Source: Flavobacteriaceae bacterium (GTDB lineage Bacteria > Bacteroidota > Bacteroidia > Flavobacteriales > Flavobacteriaceae). Taken from it: a DNA stretch of 64,000 bases. The DNA lies in contig JBMHDM010000015.1 in NCBI GenBank assembly GCA_049889395.1, positions 111,103-175,102 of the forward strand, written 5' to 3'. The first letter of the stretch is position 1, and every line of letters begins with the position of its first letter. Shown piece after piece: positions 55,941 through 64,000 of this stretch. The notes beneath the pieces are model-generated. The model saw only the letters and a program-made list of their open reading frames with translations. It did no database searches and was not told the origin of the DNA. Both the position numbers and the translations under genes were made by a program.

Positions 55941-58175
55941 TTATCCTTTGATTTTAATGGTTTCTTTTTTATTGGTTTTGGATTCTGTTTCAATTTTATC
56001 ACCCAATGTTTTCCCAATAAAATGAGTGATTTTTTTGTATAAATGGAGGCGGGTGTTCCCACCATAAATTCCATGATTTTTATCGGGATAAATTCCCCAT
56101 TCAAATTGTTTATCGGCTTGGATTAGGGCTTCAACCATACGCATGGTGTGTTGCAAATGTACATTGTCATCACCAGATCCATGAATCAGAAGATAATCGC
56201 CTTCTAATTTTTCGGGATAATTAAACGGTGAGTTATCGTCATAGCCACTTGGATTTTCTTGAGGCGTACGCATGTAACGTTCGGTGTAAATGGTATCATA
56301 AAAACGCCAACTGGTTACTGGTGCTACAGCTATAGCCATTTTAAATACATCGCTTCCCTTGAGTAAACAGTTGGTGCTCATGTGACCGCCAAAACTCCAG
56401 CCCCAGATACCAATTCTTTCGGCATCTATGTAAGGTAGGTTTCCCAATTGTCTGGCTGCTGCAATCTGATCTTCGGTTTCATATTTAACTAAATTCATGT
56501 ACGTAGATTTTTTAAAATCGGCGCCTTTGAATCCAGTTCCACGGCCATCGACACAGGCGATTACATAGCCTTTTTGAGCCAACATTTGATACCAATAATC
56601 ATTGGTGCCATTCCAGCGGTTAGCGACCTCTTGAGAGCCTGGTCCAGAGTACTGATACATGAGCATAGGGTAGGTTTTGTTGGGGTCAAAATTTACGGGT
56701 TTAATCATCCACATATTCAGCTCATTACCGTTGACTTGAATGGTGCTAAATTCTTTTTTGGAGGTTTTATAATTCGCCAATTTTTCGGCAACCTTATCGT
56801 TATCTTTAATGCTTTTAATCAAGGCTCCGTTATTAGCCTCATTTAAAGTGTATTCTGTTGGTGTTGTAGAATTAGAAAATGTATTGATGAAATAAGAAAA
56901 ATCGGCACTAAATGAGGCACTGTTAGTTCCTTCGCTTTTGGTTAAGCGTAACTTGTTTGTTCCATCTAAATTGATGGCATAAACATCTCTGTTAATAGAT
57001 CCATTTTCTACGGATTGATAGTAAATTCGATTATTTTTTTTATCGTATCCATAATAGGCGGTCACTTCCCAATCCCCTTTTGTAACTTGATTGATGAGTT
57101 CTCCGTATTTATTATAATGATAGATATGATTAAAGCCATCTTTTTCGCTGGTCCAGATGAAGCTATTATCATTTAAAAATGTTAGATTGTCGGTTACATC
57201 CACATAGGCCTTATCGACTTCCGATACAAGAAGTTTGGTCATTGTACTGTTGGCGTTTATGGCCCAAAGATCCAACTCGTTCTGGTGACGATTCAAAAAT
57301 TGGGCACTTAAAATATCCGCATCGTTGGTCCATTTAATCCTTGGAATATAAAAATCGTTGTAGTCCTTATTAACCTCAACAAGATCGGTTCGATTCGTTT
57401 CAAGATTATATATGTGTAAGGAAACAATTGCATTGTTTTCACCAGCTTTTGGATACTTAAATACCTGTTGGGTTTGATACAAACCTTGTCCATAAATATC
57501 CATAGAGAACTCTGGCACTTCAGTTTCATCAAATTTTAAGTAGGCCAATTTGTTGCTGTCCATATTCCATTCGAAAGCTCTAACAAAAGCAAACTCTTCC
57601 TCATAAACCCAATCAGTAATCCCATTTATTATCTTGTTTTTTTCGCCATCATTGGTAATTTGTTGGGTTTGATTGGTCAATAAATTTTTTACAAAAATAT
57701 TATTGTTGAAACCATATGCAACTAGTGTTCCATCAGGTGAAAATGTGGGTTCTTGTATCTTTTGACTTGAAACCTTTGTCAAGCGCTTTGAACTCAAATC
57801 ATACACAAAAAAAATACCTAGTGTAGATCGCCTGTATACCGATTCTACGTCGGTAGCCAGTAATATTTTATTCTCATCATCGCTGAAAGTGTAATTGGTA
57901 AAATAAGACACCTCATCCAAGTCTTTGGAGTCTACAAGTGTTTTAATTTTTTTCAACGATATATAATCATAAACATCAACTGATGTGGACTGCGTTTCTC
58001 GGTTGAAGTTCAGAACAGAGTATTGATTACCATTGTTCATAGAATGTAAAGCGTCCATTCGTTCAGTACGAAAGGCGCCTTGCCAAATTTCGTCTAGGGT
58101 GATTAATTTTTCTTGAGAAAACCCAACGATTGAAATCGATAGATAAATAAGTGAAAGGATAGTCTTTCGACGCAT
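55941..58175 (-). CDS. dipeptidyl-peptidase IV (S9B family), secreted
   Basis: A signal peptide is present. An N-terminal beta-propeller region is followed by an alpha/beta hydrolase domain with the catalytic Ser in GIWGWSFGG, Asp in HGSGDDNVH and His in DKNHGI. Confidence 0.9.
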   Translation of the reverse strand: MRRKTILSLIYLSISIVGFSQEKLITLDEIWQGAFRTERMDALHSMNNGNQYSVLNFNRETQSTSVDVYDYISLKKIKTLVDSKDLDEVSYFTNYTFSDDENKILLATDVESVYRRSTLGIFFVYDLSSKRLTKVSSQKIQEPTFSPDGTLVAYGFNNNIFVKNLLTNQTQQITNDGEKNKIINGITDWVYEEEFAFVRAFEWNMDSNKLAYLKFDETEVPEFSMDIYGQGLYQTQQVFKYPKAGENNAIVSLHIYNLETNRTDLVEVNKDYNDFYIPRIKWTNDADILSAQFLNRHQNELDLWAINANSTMTKLLVSEVDKAYVDVTDNLTFLNDNSFIWTSEKDGFNHIYHYNKYGELINQVTKGDWEVTAYYGYDKKNNRIYYQSVENGSINRDVYAINLDGTNKLRLTKSEGTNSASFSADFSYFINTFSNSTTPTEYTLNEANNGALIKSIKDNDKVAEKLANYKTSKKEFSTIQVNGNELNMWMIKPVNFDPNKTYPMLMYQYSGPGSQEVANRWNGTNDYWYQMLAQKGYVIACVDGRGTGFKGADFKKSTYMNLVKYETEDQIAAARQLGNLPYIDAERIGIWGWSFGGHMSTNCLLKGSDVFKMAIAVAPVTSWRFYDTIYTERYMRTPQENPSGYDDNSPFNYPEKLEGDYLLIHGSGDDNVHLQHTMRMVEALIQADKQFEWGIYPDKNHGIYGGNTRLHLYKKITHFIGKTLGDKIETESKTNKKETIKIKG

Positions 58176-58289
58176 GTGTTTAGTTTGAAAAGTGATATCA
58201 ATTTTACTAAAAAAAAATCACAATTCCACAGTAAAAAACCGATTAATCTGCATTTTAACAAATCGCTTTTCTGATAAGGCGGAGAATAG

Positions 58290-58297
58290 TATCTTTG
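58290..58297 (+). promoter_or_regulatory. candidate Bacteroidota -7 promoter box (TAnnTTTG)
   Basis: TATCTTTG lies 17 nt upstream of the HMG-CoA reductase ATG at 58315. Confidence 0.45.
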
Positions 58298-58314
58298 TTT
58301 ATCAAAATTAAATT

Positions 58315-59625
58315 ATGCAACAATTCGTTTCTGGGTTTTCAAAATTTACCAAAACTGAAAAGATTAACTGGCTGATTTCCAATTACTTTGATGGAAATTT
58401 GAGGGCCAAAGCCGTTTTAGAAACTTATTGGAATTTGGATCAAAAATTACAGCAACTCCACGATGAATTTATAGAAAATACAATTTCGAATTTCTATATG
58501 CCATTTGGTATAGCTCCTAATTTTTCGATTAATGGTACGCCTTATACTATTCCTATGGCAATAGAGGAGAGCTCGGTCGTCGCAGCGGCAAGTAATGCTG
58601 CAAAATTTTGGATGTCCAGAGGAGGATTCAAAGCAACCGTCAAGTCAACTGAAAAGATTGGGCATGTACATTTTACATTTAAAGGAAATTTTTCTGATTT
58701 AAAATCTTCTTTTCAAATTTTAAAACCAAGTCTTATAGCCGCTACAAAATCTATTACCAAAAATATGGAACGACGTGGGGGCGGCCTTTTGGATATTAAA
58801 TTAAAAGACTGCAGTCAAAATATGGCTCATTATTATCAGTTGGAGGTTTCTTTTGAAACCAAAGATGCTATGGGAGCCAATTTTATCAATTCTTGTTTGG
58901 AGCAAATTGCCAACACATTTGAAGAATTAACCGTTTCTCTTCCTGGATTGAAGGGTCACAAACCAAATATCGTGATGAGCATTTTGTCAAACTATGTGCC
59001 TAATTGTATAGTTCGAGCCGAGGTCTCTTGTCCAGTAGATGATTTAAGTTTACAAGACCATTTTGAGGGAAAAGAATTTGCCAAAAAATTTATTCAAGCT
59101 GTGCAAATTGCAGAGGTTGAGCCCTATCGAGCAGTCACCCACAATAAGGGAATTATGAATGGTGTTGATGCTGTAATCATTGCGACTGGTAATGATTTTA
59201 GGGCTGTAGAAGCTGGCGTCCATGCTTTTGCGGCTAAAAATGGACAATACAGTAGCTTGTCCCATGCGAGCTTAGAAAATGGCTTATTTAGATTTTGGAT
59301 GGATATTCCGCTAGCGCTCGGAACAGTTGGAGGACTAACGGGTCTTCATCCAATGGTCAAGTTGGCCCTAGAAATGCTCGGAAACCCATCTGCAAAACAA
59401 CTCATGGAAATTGCAGCGGTGGCAGGATTAGCTCAAAATTTTGCTGCCTTGCGTTCACTAACAACAACGGGGATTCAAAAAGGTCATATGAAAATGCATT
59501 TGCTCAATATTTTAAATCAATTGGGGGCTACGACCACTGAAAAAGAAGCGATGATTAAACATTTTAAAACCCATGCCGTTTCGCACGGTGCTGTAGTTGA
59601 AGCCCTTAAAACCTTTCGTGATTGA
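58315..59625 (+). CDS. hydroxymethylglutaryl-CoA reductase, class II
   Basis: 436 aa. EESSVVAAAS, DAMGANFIN, ALGTVGG and the C-terminal flap with GHMKMH are class II HMGR signatures. Confidence 0.9.
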   Translation: MQQFVSGFSKFTKTEKINWLISNYFDGNLRAKAVLETYWNLDQKLQQLHDEFIENTISNFYMPFGIAPNFSINGTPYTIPMAIEESSVVAAASNAAKFWMSRGGFKATVKSTEKIGHVHFTFKGNFSDLKSSFQILKPSLIAATKSITKNMERRGGGLLDIKLKDCSQNMAHYYQLEVSFETKDAMGANFINSCLEQIANTFEELTVSLPGLKGHKPNIVMSILSNYVPNCIVRAEVSCPVDDLSLQDHFEGKEFAKKFIQAVQIAEVEPYRAVTHNKGIMNGVDAVIIATGNDFRAVEAGVHAFAAKNGQYSSLSHASLENGLFRFWMDIPLALGTVGGLTGLHPMVKLALEMLGNPSAKQLMEIAAVAGLAQNFAALRSLTTTGIQKGHMKMHLLNILNQLGATTTEKEAMIKHFKTHAVSHGAVVEALKTFRD

Positions 59626-60521
59626 TGCAAGAATTTTATAGTCATGGAAAATTACTTTTGACCGCTGAATATGCTGTTTTGGACGGCGCTAATGCCCTGG
59701 CGCTCCCCACAAAGTATGGACAAACTTTGAAAGTAAAACCTATTGATACTTCAGAAATCCGCTGGAAAAGTTTTGACCATAAAGGAAAGCTTTGGTTTGA
59801 AACCGTTTTGCTATATCCAAATTTTAAAACCACCTCAACAAATGAAACCGCAAAACGACTTTCACAATGTTTTAAAGTGATTCAAAAATTGAACCCCGAT
59901 CGATTCAGGGAAAGTGGTTTTGAAATGCACAGTAATTTGGAATTTCCTCAAGATTGGGGATTGGGGTCTTCCTCTACGCTGATTAATAATTTGGCCCGGT
60001 GGGCCAATATAGATGCATTTGAACTACTCGAAAACACCTTTGGTGGTAGTGGTTATGATGTGGCCTGTGCGCAACACCCCCACCCTATTGTATATCGGCG
60101 TCAAAACAAAAAAATATATGTGAAAACTGTGGATTTTGATCCACCATTCAAAAACCAATTATTTTTTGTTCACCGTAACCAAAAGCAAAATAGCCGAGAG
60201 GGCATCGCTCACTACAACGCCCTAAAAGCAACTCAGTATCTTGATTGTTCTGAACTAAATTCAATTACTAATGCTATTTTAAACAGCTCCACTTTGGAAG
60301 ACTTTGAGAAGCTTATCTACAAACACGAAACCATTATTGGCAACCTGATTCAACAACCGCCACTAAAAACCACCCATTTTACTGACTACCCCGGAGCCAT
60401 AAAAAGCTTGGGCGCCTGGGGTGGAGATTTCTTTTTGGTGACGGGACAGATTTCTAATTTAGAATACTTCAGAGCTAAAGGTTATAACACCATCTTTTAT
60501 TTTAGAGAATTAATTCTTTAG
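59625..60521 (+). CDS. GHMP-superfamily kinase of undefined specificity (mevalonate-pathway associated)
   Basis: The GHMP motif II is PQDWGLGSSSTLINNLA, and the N-terminus HGKLLLTAEYAVLDGA is mevalonate/phosphomevalonate-kinase-like. A GGSGYDVA motif matches what I recall as the GYDIA GHMP-kinase family. The ATG overlaps the HMGR stop by 1 nt (TGATG). Confidence 0.75.
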   Translation: MQEFYSHGKLLLTAEYAVLDGANALALPTKYGQTLKVKPIDTSEIRWKSFDHKGKLWFETVLLYPNFKTTSTNETAKRLSQCFKVIQKLNPDRFRESGFEMHSNLEFPQDWGLGSSSTLINNLARWANIDAFELLENTFGGSGYDVACAQHPHPIVYRRQNKKIYVKTVDFDPPFKNQLFFVHRNQKQNSREGIAHYNALKATQYLDCSELNSITNAILNSSTLEDFEKLIYKHETIIGNLIQQPPLKTTHFTDYPGAIKSLGAWGGDFFLVTGQISNLEYFRAKGYNTIFYFRELIL

Positions 60522-60562
60522 AAGATTTATGAAATAATTGGAATACTTTTAGAAGATAAAAC

Positions 60563-60592
60563 AAAAAAGGGACTGATTTACAGTCCCTTTTT
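60563..60592. terminator. bidirectional intrinsic terminator between convergent genes
   Basis: AAAAAA-GGGACTG-ATTTA-CAGTCCC-TTTTT has a 7-bp GC-rich stem and a 5-nt loop. An A-run lies on one side and a T-run on the other. It sits between the GHMP kinase (+) and the PpiD-like gene (-). Confidence 0.65.
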
Positions 60593-60612
60593 AGCTATTT
60601 TACAATTAAATT

Positions 60613-62775
60613 TTAATAGAATACGGCTCTATTATCTTTAATTTCAGCGGCATCTTTAAGCGCATTGTACAACTGTGTATTGACTGCATTAGCTTTGGCT
60701 TGCCCCACACGATTGGCAGCAGCTTGATAACTAGTTAGTGCTGTAGCTGGTGTCGATTTAATCACTTGGACAGCATATACACCACTGTTCCCAGCAACCA
60801 GATCTGAAGTTTCTCCTTCATTAAGTCCAAAGGCTGTTCCAATGACCAATGGCTCTCGGCCAGCTCCTGAAAGGGTCGGATTTTTCATGTTTACTGCTGA
60901 TGCAGATTTTACGGTTTGACCTTCTGCCGATGCAATGTCATCCAGTGAAGTGGCTGATATACGGTCCTTAATAATCTGAGCTTTCTTTTCTTTACGGATT
61001 TCTGGAAGTGCTGTAACAGAACCACTTTCTACGGACATTAAACCTTTCTCATTTATAGCTGTAACCTTGACCACAACAAATCCACCACCGGAGGTGTTAA
61101 AACTTTTAAAATCGTCTACATCTGTTCCGTCTTCAAATGCCCAACGAACAATGGCTCGTTGTGCCCCGATCCCAGGAATATTTTCGTCCAGTTCTTTAAC
61201 ACTGCTAACGTTTCGGACGTCGTAGCCGTTATCTTCTGCGACGGCTTTAAAATCAGCATCAGCTACAGCAATTTCAAATTTTGATTTGCTTTTGAATATC
61301 TCATCAATGGTTTCAACTGAAGGCTCAATTTTCTGTGAAATTGTTGCTACTTTGTAAGCCTCTTGTGATTTGCCTTGATCCAAAATTTCAATGACATGGT
61401 ACCCAAAATCGGTACGAACAACCCCCAAGCTCCCTTTGGAATTTTCAAAAGAATAGGCCTTAAATTCTGGTGCAAAACCGTCGGTGTAAGCAAATTCGAT
61501 TTCACCGTCCTTTTCATTACTCACTTTGTCGGAAGACAGTGACAATAGGGATTTGAATTTGGATCGGTTTCTTCTTAAAACATTATATATACTATCGGCA
61601 GTTGCTTTGGCTTCAGAGTCAGTTTTGGTTACGGTTGCGTCGGCACGCATACCCCCAACAAAAGGTATTAAAATGTGGCGAACTTTTGTAGAATCGGCAA
61701 TTCCTCTTCGGGAAACCATCTTTGTAATTTTATAAAACCCATTATCTTTGTAAGGTCCATATACTTCCCCTTCGTTCAAACTGGTAATGTCATCGGCAAC
61801 GTCGGATGAAAAGGCCGATCTAAATACATATGAATCATTGTATTTTTCTGCAGAGTTGGTGTTTACAAAACTTGCATTGTCTGTTGTATTTTTAAAACCA
61901 GTAACAGTCTCCGTAGCCTTTGTTATATCGTTGTACTGGTCTTTGTCATCTAATAGTGATTTAAGATTATCTTGAATAAGCTGCTCGTCAGCCAATGAGG
62001 CTTCCTCTTTAAATTGAACAAAAATTAAATCTCTTGACGCTTCCACTTCATATTGCTTCGGAAAACGTTTCATATAGGCTTCGATCTCTGATTTTTTTAC
62101 CGTAATTATACTATCAGGAACACTGGCATAAGGAACTTGAACATATTTCAGGTCTACTTTATCATTTTCGAGTTGGTAGTCTAATTCTCCTTCTGTTAGG
62201 GTTCCAGTCATTCCAGCTTTGACCAGATTAAAATAGGTTTGTTGCATTCCAGTAACAGCCACATTTTGTTCAAAATCTGTCCAAGACTTATAGTTTACAG
62301 CAGAACCGCCAAGGGTTGAAGTTTCAGGTGCTATTGCTTTGAGATTAGCAATAAACTCATTGAGTTTATCTTCGTCAAAAAGACCAGCTTCATTTTTGAA
62401 TTCTTCAAAAGCACCTAAATTTTGCTCTAATAAGTCTCGCATGTAGTCTCTTTCAACTGAAAGTCCTAAAGCGTCATATTGCGACTGCATTATTTTTGAT
62501 CGCACCTCACTATCCCAAGCACGATTCATAGCTTGTGTGGTAGTTAACGAGCCGCCAGATTGTCTTTGTAAGTTTTCAACTTTGGTCATAAACTCAACTC
62601 TTTCAATGTCCATTCCGTTGACTGTAGCGATGCTGTTCTGATTCAACTCATCCGCTTTGAAGATGTCAGTTATGGTTCCAGAACCTGTTGAAAAAACGAA
62701 TGCGAATAAGGCTAATCCTATTACACTGATTAAAGCGACAGGGCCTAGTGATCTAATTTTACCTAATAATGCCAT
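60613..62775 (-). CDS. PpiD/SurA-like periplasmic chaperone with parvulin-type peptidyl-prolyl isomerase domain
   Basis: 720 aa with an N-terminal membrane anchor (VALISVIGLALFAFVF) and a SurA_N-like chaperone region. The parvulin motifs are VRHILIPF..  and ..RTDFGYHVIEI. Confidence 0.8.
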   Translation of the reverse strand: MALLGKIRSLGPVALISVIGLALFAFVFSTGSGTITDIFKADELNQNSIATVNGMDIERVEFMTKVENLQRQSGGSLTTTQAMNRAWDSEVRSKIMQSQYDALGLSVERDYMRDLLEQNLGAFEEFKNEAGLFDEDKLNEFIANLKAIAPETSTLGGSAVNYKSWTDFEQNVAVTGMQQTYFNLVKAGMTGTLTEGELDYQLENDKVDLKYVQVPYASVPDSIITVKKSEIEAYMKRFPKQYEVEASRDLIFVQFKEEASLADEQLIQDNLKSLLDDKDQYNDITKATETVTGFKNTTDNASFVNTNSAEKYNDSYVFRSAFSSDVADDITSLNEGEVYGPYKDNGFYKITKMVSRRGIADSTKVRHILIPFVGGMRADATVTKTDSEAKATADSIYNVLRRNRSKFKSLLSLSSDKVSNEKDGEIEFAYTDGFAPEFKAYSFENSKGSLGVVRTDFGYHVIEILDQGKSQEAYKVATISQKIEPSVETIDEIFKSKSKFEIAVADADFKAVAEDNGYDVRNVSSVKELDENIPGIGAQRAIVRWAFEDGTDVDDFKSFNTSGGGFVVVKVTAINEKGLMSVESGSVTALPEIRKEKKAQIIKDRISATSLDDIASAEGQTVKSASAVNMKNPTLSGAGREPLVIGTAFGLNEGETSDLVAGNSGVYAVQVIKSTPATALTSYQAAANRVGQAKANAVNTQLYNALKDAAEIKDNRAVFY

Positions 62776-62871
62776 GGTATAATTGGTCTTGTGATTAAAA
62801 TATAGTGAGCGAAAATACCAATTTAATTTGAATTATTAAAGACGGATTTGGGTTTTATTAAATTGAAGTAT

Positions 62872-64000
62872 TTAAGGAAAATGTTGAGGGTTTATTTTTA
62901 ATGAAATTAATTCAATTTTGGTATTCGAAACTTGTTCTATAGTGAACTCAAATTGATCTATTGTGATATTTTGATTTTGATCAGGAATTTCTTCAGTAAG
63001 ATGAACAATTAGCCCACCTAATGTTTCGTAATTTTCGTGTTCAGGTAGTTGTAGTTTGTAGGTTTCATTGATATAATCGACCTCAAGTCGGGCCGAAAAC
63101 AAATAGGATGTTTCATCAATCTGTTCTTCTGTTAGCTCGCTGGAGTCGTGTTCGTCTTCAATCTCGCCAAATAATTCTTCTACAATATCTTCGACAGTTA
63201 AAATTCCAGAAGTACCGCCATATTCATCTAAAACCACCGCTAGGCTTTTTCGCTTTTTGGTCAATACATTGATAATATCTTTGACCAACATGGTTTCTGG
63301 TACAAACTCTACAGGCATCAACATGGACTTGATGGATTTTGGTTTTTTAAACAAGTCAAAGGCATGAACGTAGCCTAGAATATCATCAAACGTGTTGTTG
63401 TAAACCAATATTTTGGAATGTCCAGACTGAACAAAAAGTGTGGTAAGATTGTCCAAAGAGTCATGTATTTCGATTGCCGTTAGTTCTGTTCTGGGAACCA
63501 TGGCTTCTCGAGCTTTCACATCTGAAAATTCCAAGGCATTTTGGAAAATAATAATTTCACTATCTACCTCATCATCGTCGCTTACTGATTCCATTTGTTC
63601 GCTTATATAGTTACCCAATTCTACTTTAGAAAATGCCAACTGAACCTCATCCCCTTTTGTTTTGAAAATTGTTTTGAGAACAAAATCTGATATCCATATG
63701 ACAAAAGTGGAAATAACCGAAAACAAGAGATAGAAGATATAGGCAGGCCATGCTAATAACTTTAGAAGTGTGTTAGCATATATCTGAAAAAATACTTTGG
63801 GTAAAAACTCAGCAGTCAGCAAAATAACAAGGGTTGAAATGATAGTTTGAGTCAGCAGACTCAATTTATCAAACAAGTAATGCAAAACCATCGAGTCTGT
63901 GGGCAGATTTAATGCAAACCAATTCATCAAGGTGTCGCCCATGTAAAATCCATACACAACTAGGGCGACATTGTTTCCAATGAGCATAGTAGCAATAAAT
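62872..64000 (-). CDS. CNNM/DUF21 + CBS pair + CorC_HlyC domain membrane protein (hemolysin/CorC family; 5' end right of the window)
   Basis: The reading frame stays open to nt 64000 (..FIAT precedes the Met at 63987). TM helices of DUF21 are followed by two CBS motifs (AREAMVPRTE.., ..LAVVLDEYGGTSGILTVEDIVEELFGEIEDEHD) and a CorC_HlyC C-terminal domain. Confidence 0.85.
   Translation of the reverse strand, partial: FIATMLIGNNVALVVYGFYMGDTLMNWFALNLPTDSMVLHYLFDKLSLLTQTIISTLVILLTAEFLPKVFFQIYANTLLKLLAWPAYIFYLLFSVISTFVIWISDFVLKTIFKTKGDEVQLAFSKVELGNYISEQMESVSDDDEVDSEIIIFQNALEFSDVKAREAMVPRTELTAIEIHDSLDNLTTLFVQSGHSKILVYNNTFDDILGYVHAFDLFKKPKSIKSMLMPVEFVPETMLVKDIINVLTKKRKSLAVVLDEYGGTSGILTVEDIVEELFGEIEDEHDSSELTEEQIDETSYLFSARLEVDYINETYKLQLPEHENYETLGGLIVHLTEEIPDQNQNITIDQFEFTIEQVSNTKIELISLKINPQHFP

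Noticed and set aside
1-64000. A window-wide look for tRNA/rRNA genes, CRISPR repeat arrays, IS elements, integrases, toxin-antitoxin pairs, restriction-modification genes and other defence genes.
   Set aside because: - No regularly spaced direct repeats were seen.
- No tRNA-like T-arm (GGTTCGAATCC-type) sequences were found in the intergenic gaps.
- No ORF has transposase, integrase, nuclease or methylase motifs.
- The largest non-coding gaps (about 90-260 nt) are accounted for by promoters and terminators.
- This was a by-eye scan only; tRNAscan, Infernal and CRISPR finders should confirm it.

Overview
The window is a visibly AT-rich, gene-dense chromosomal segment. I did not compute GC content. 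It holds about 57 apparently intact protein genes with short gaps and many 1-4 nt overlaps.

Gene content and signals point to a Flavobacteriia-type Bacteroidota genome:
- TAnnTTTG -7 boxes occur in place of -10/SD signals.
- Many lipoprotein or signal peptides are followed by Q or C.
- A divergent GSIII/GSII glutamine synthetase pair is present.
- Mevalonate-pathway HMG-CoA reductase is present.
- A DPP4 plus POT peptide-uptake operon is present.
- DUF4920, DUF4136, DUF1684 and DUF5522 genes are present.

Most genes are housekeeping: typA, kdsA, lpxB, surE, dnaJ-grpE, ilvE, pyrF, prfA, purM, hemL, hutU and crcB.

The only accessory-looking stretch is an envelope glycan/LPS-modification locus at about 7.0-12.9 kb. 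It encodes a 2OG-Fe(II) oxygenase, GT2, GT4, an EptA-like phosphoethanolamine transferase and a Wzx flippase.

By eye I found no rRNA, tRNA, CRISPR array, transposase, integrase, phage gene or recognisable defence gene.

Two genes are decayed:
- a LOV-like PAS gene with an in-frame TAA plus a poly-A frameshift;
- a comEC remnant with an in-frame TGA plus a large in-frame internal deletion.

I did not find a convincing self-contained novel multi-gene system. The best leads are:
- an HTH-less orphan sigma-54 activator riding on an ABC-2 exporter operon;
- a DnaJ with only one zinc centre;
- an HMG-CoA reductase translationally coupled to an uncharacterised GHMP kinase;
- a direct-repeat motif between the two glutamine synthetase genes;
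- a giant TPR protein paired with an orphan beta-barrel.

All family assignments come from motif recognition in the translations, not from database searches.
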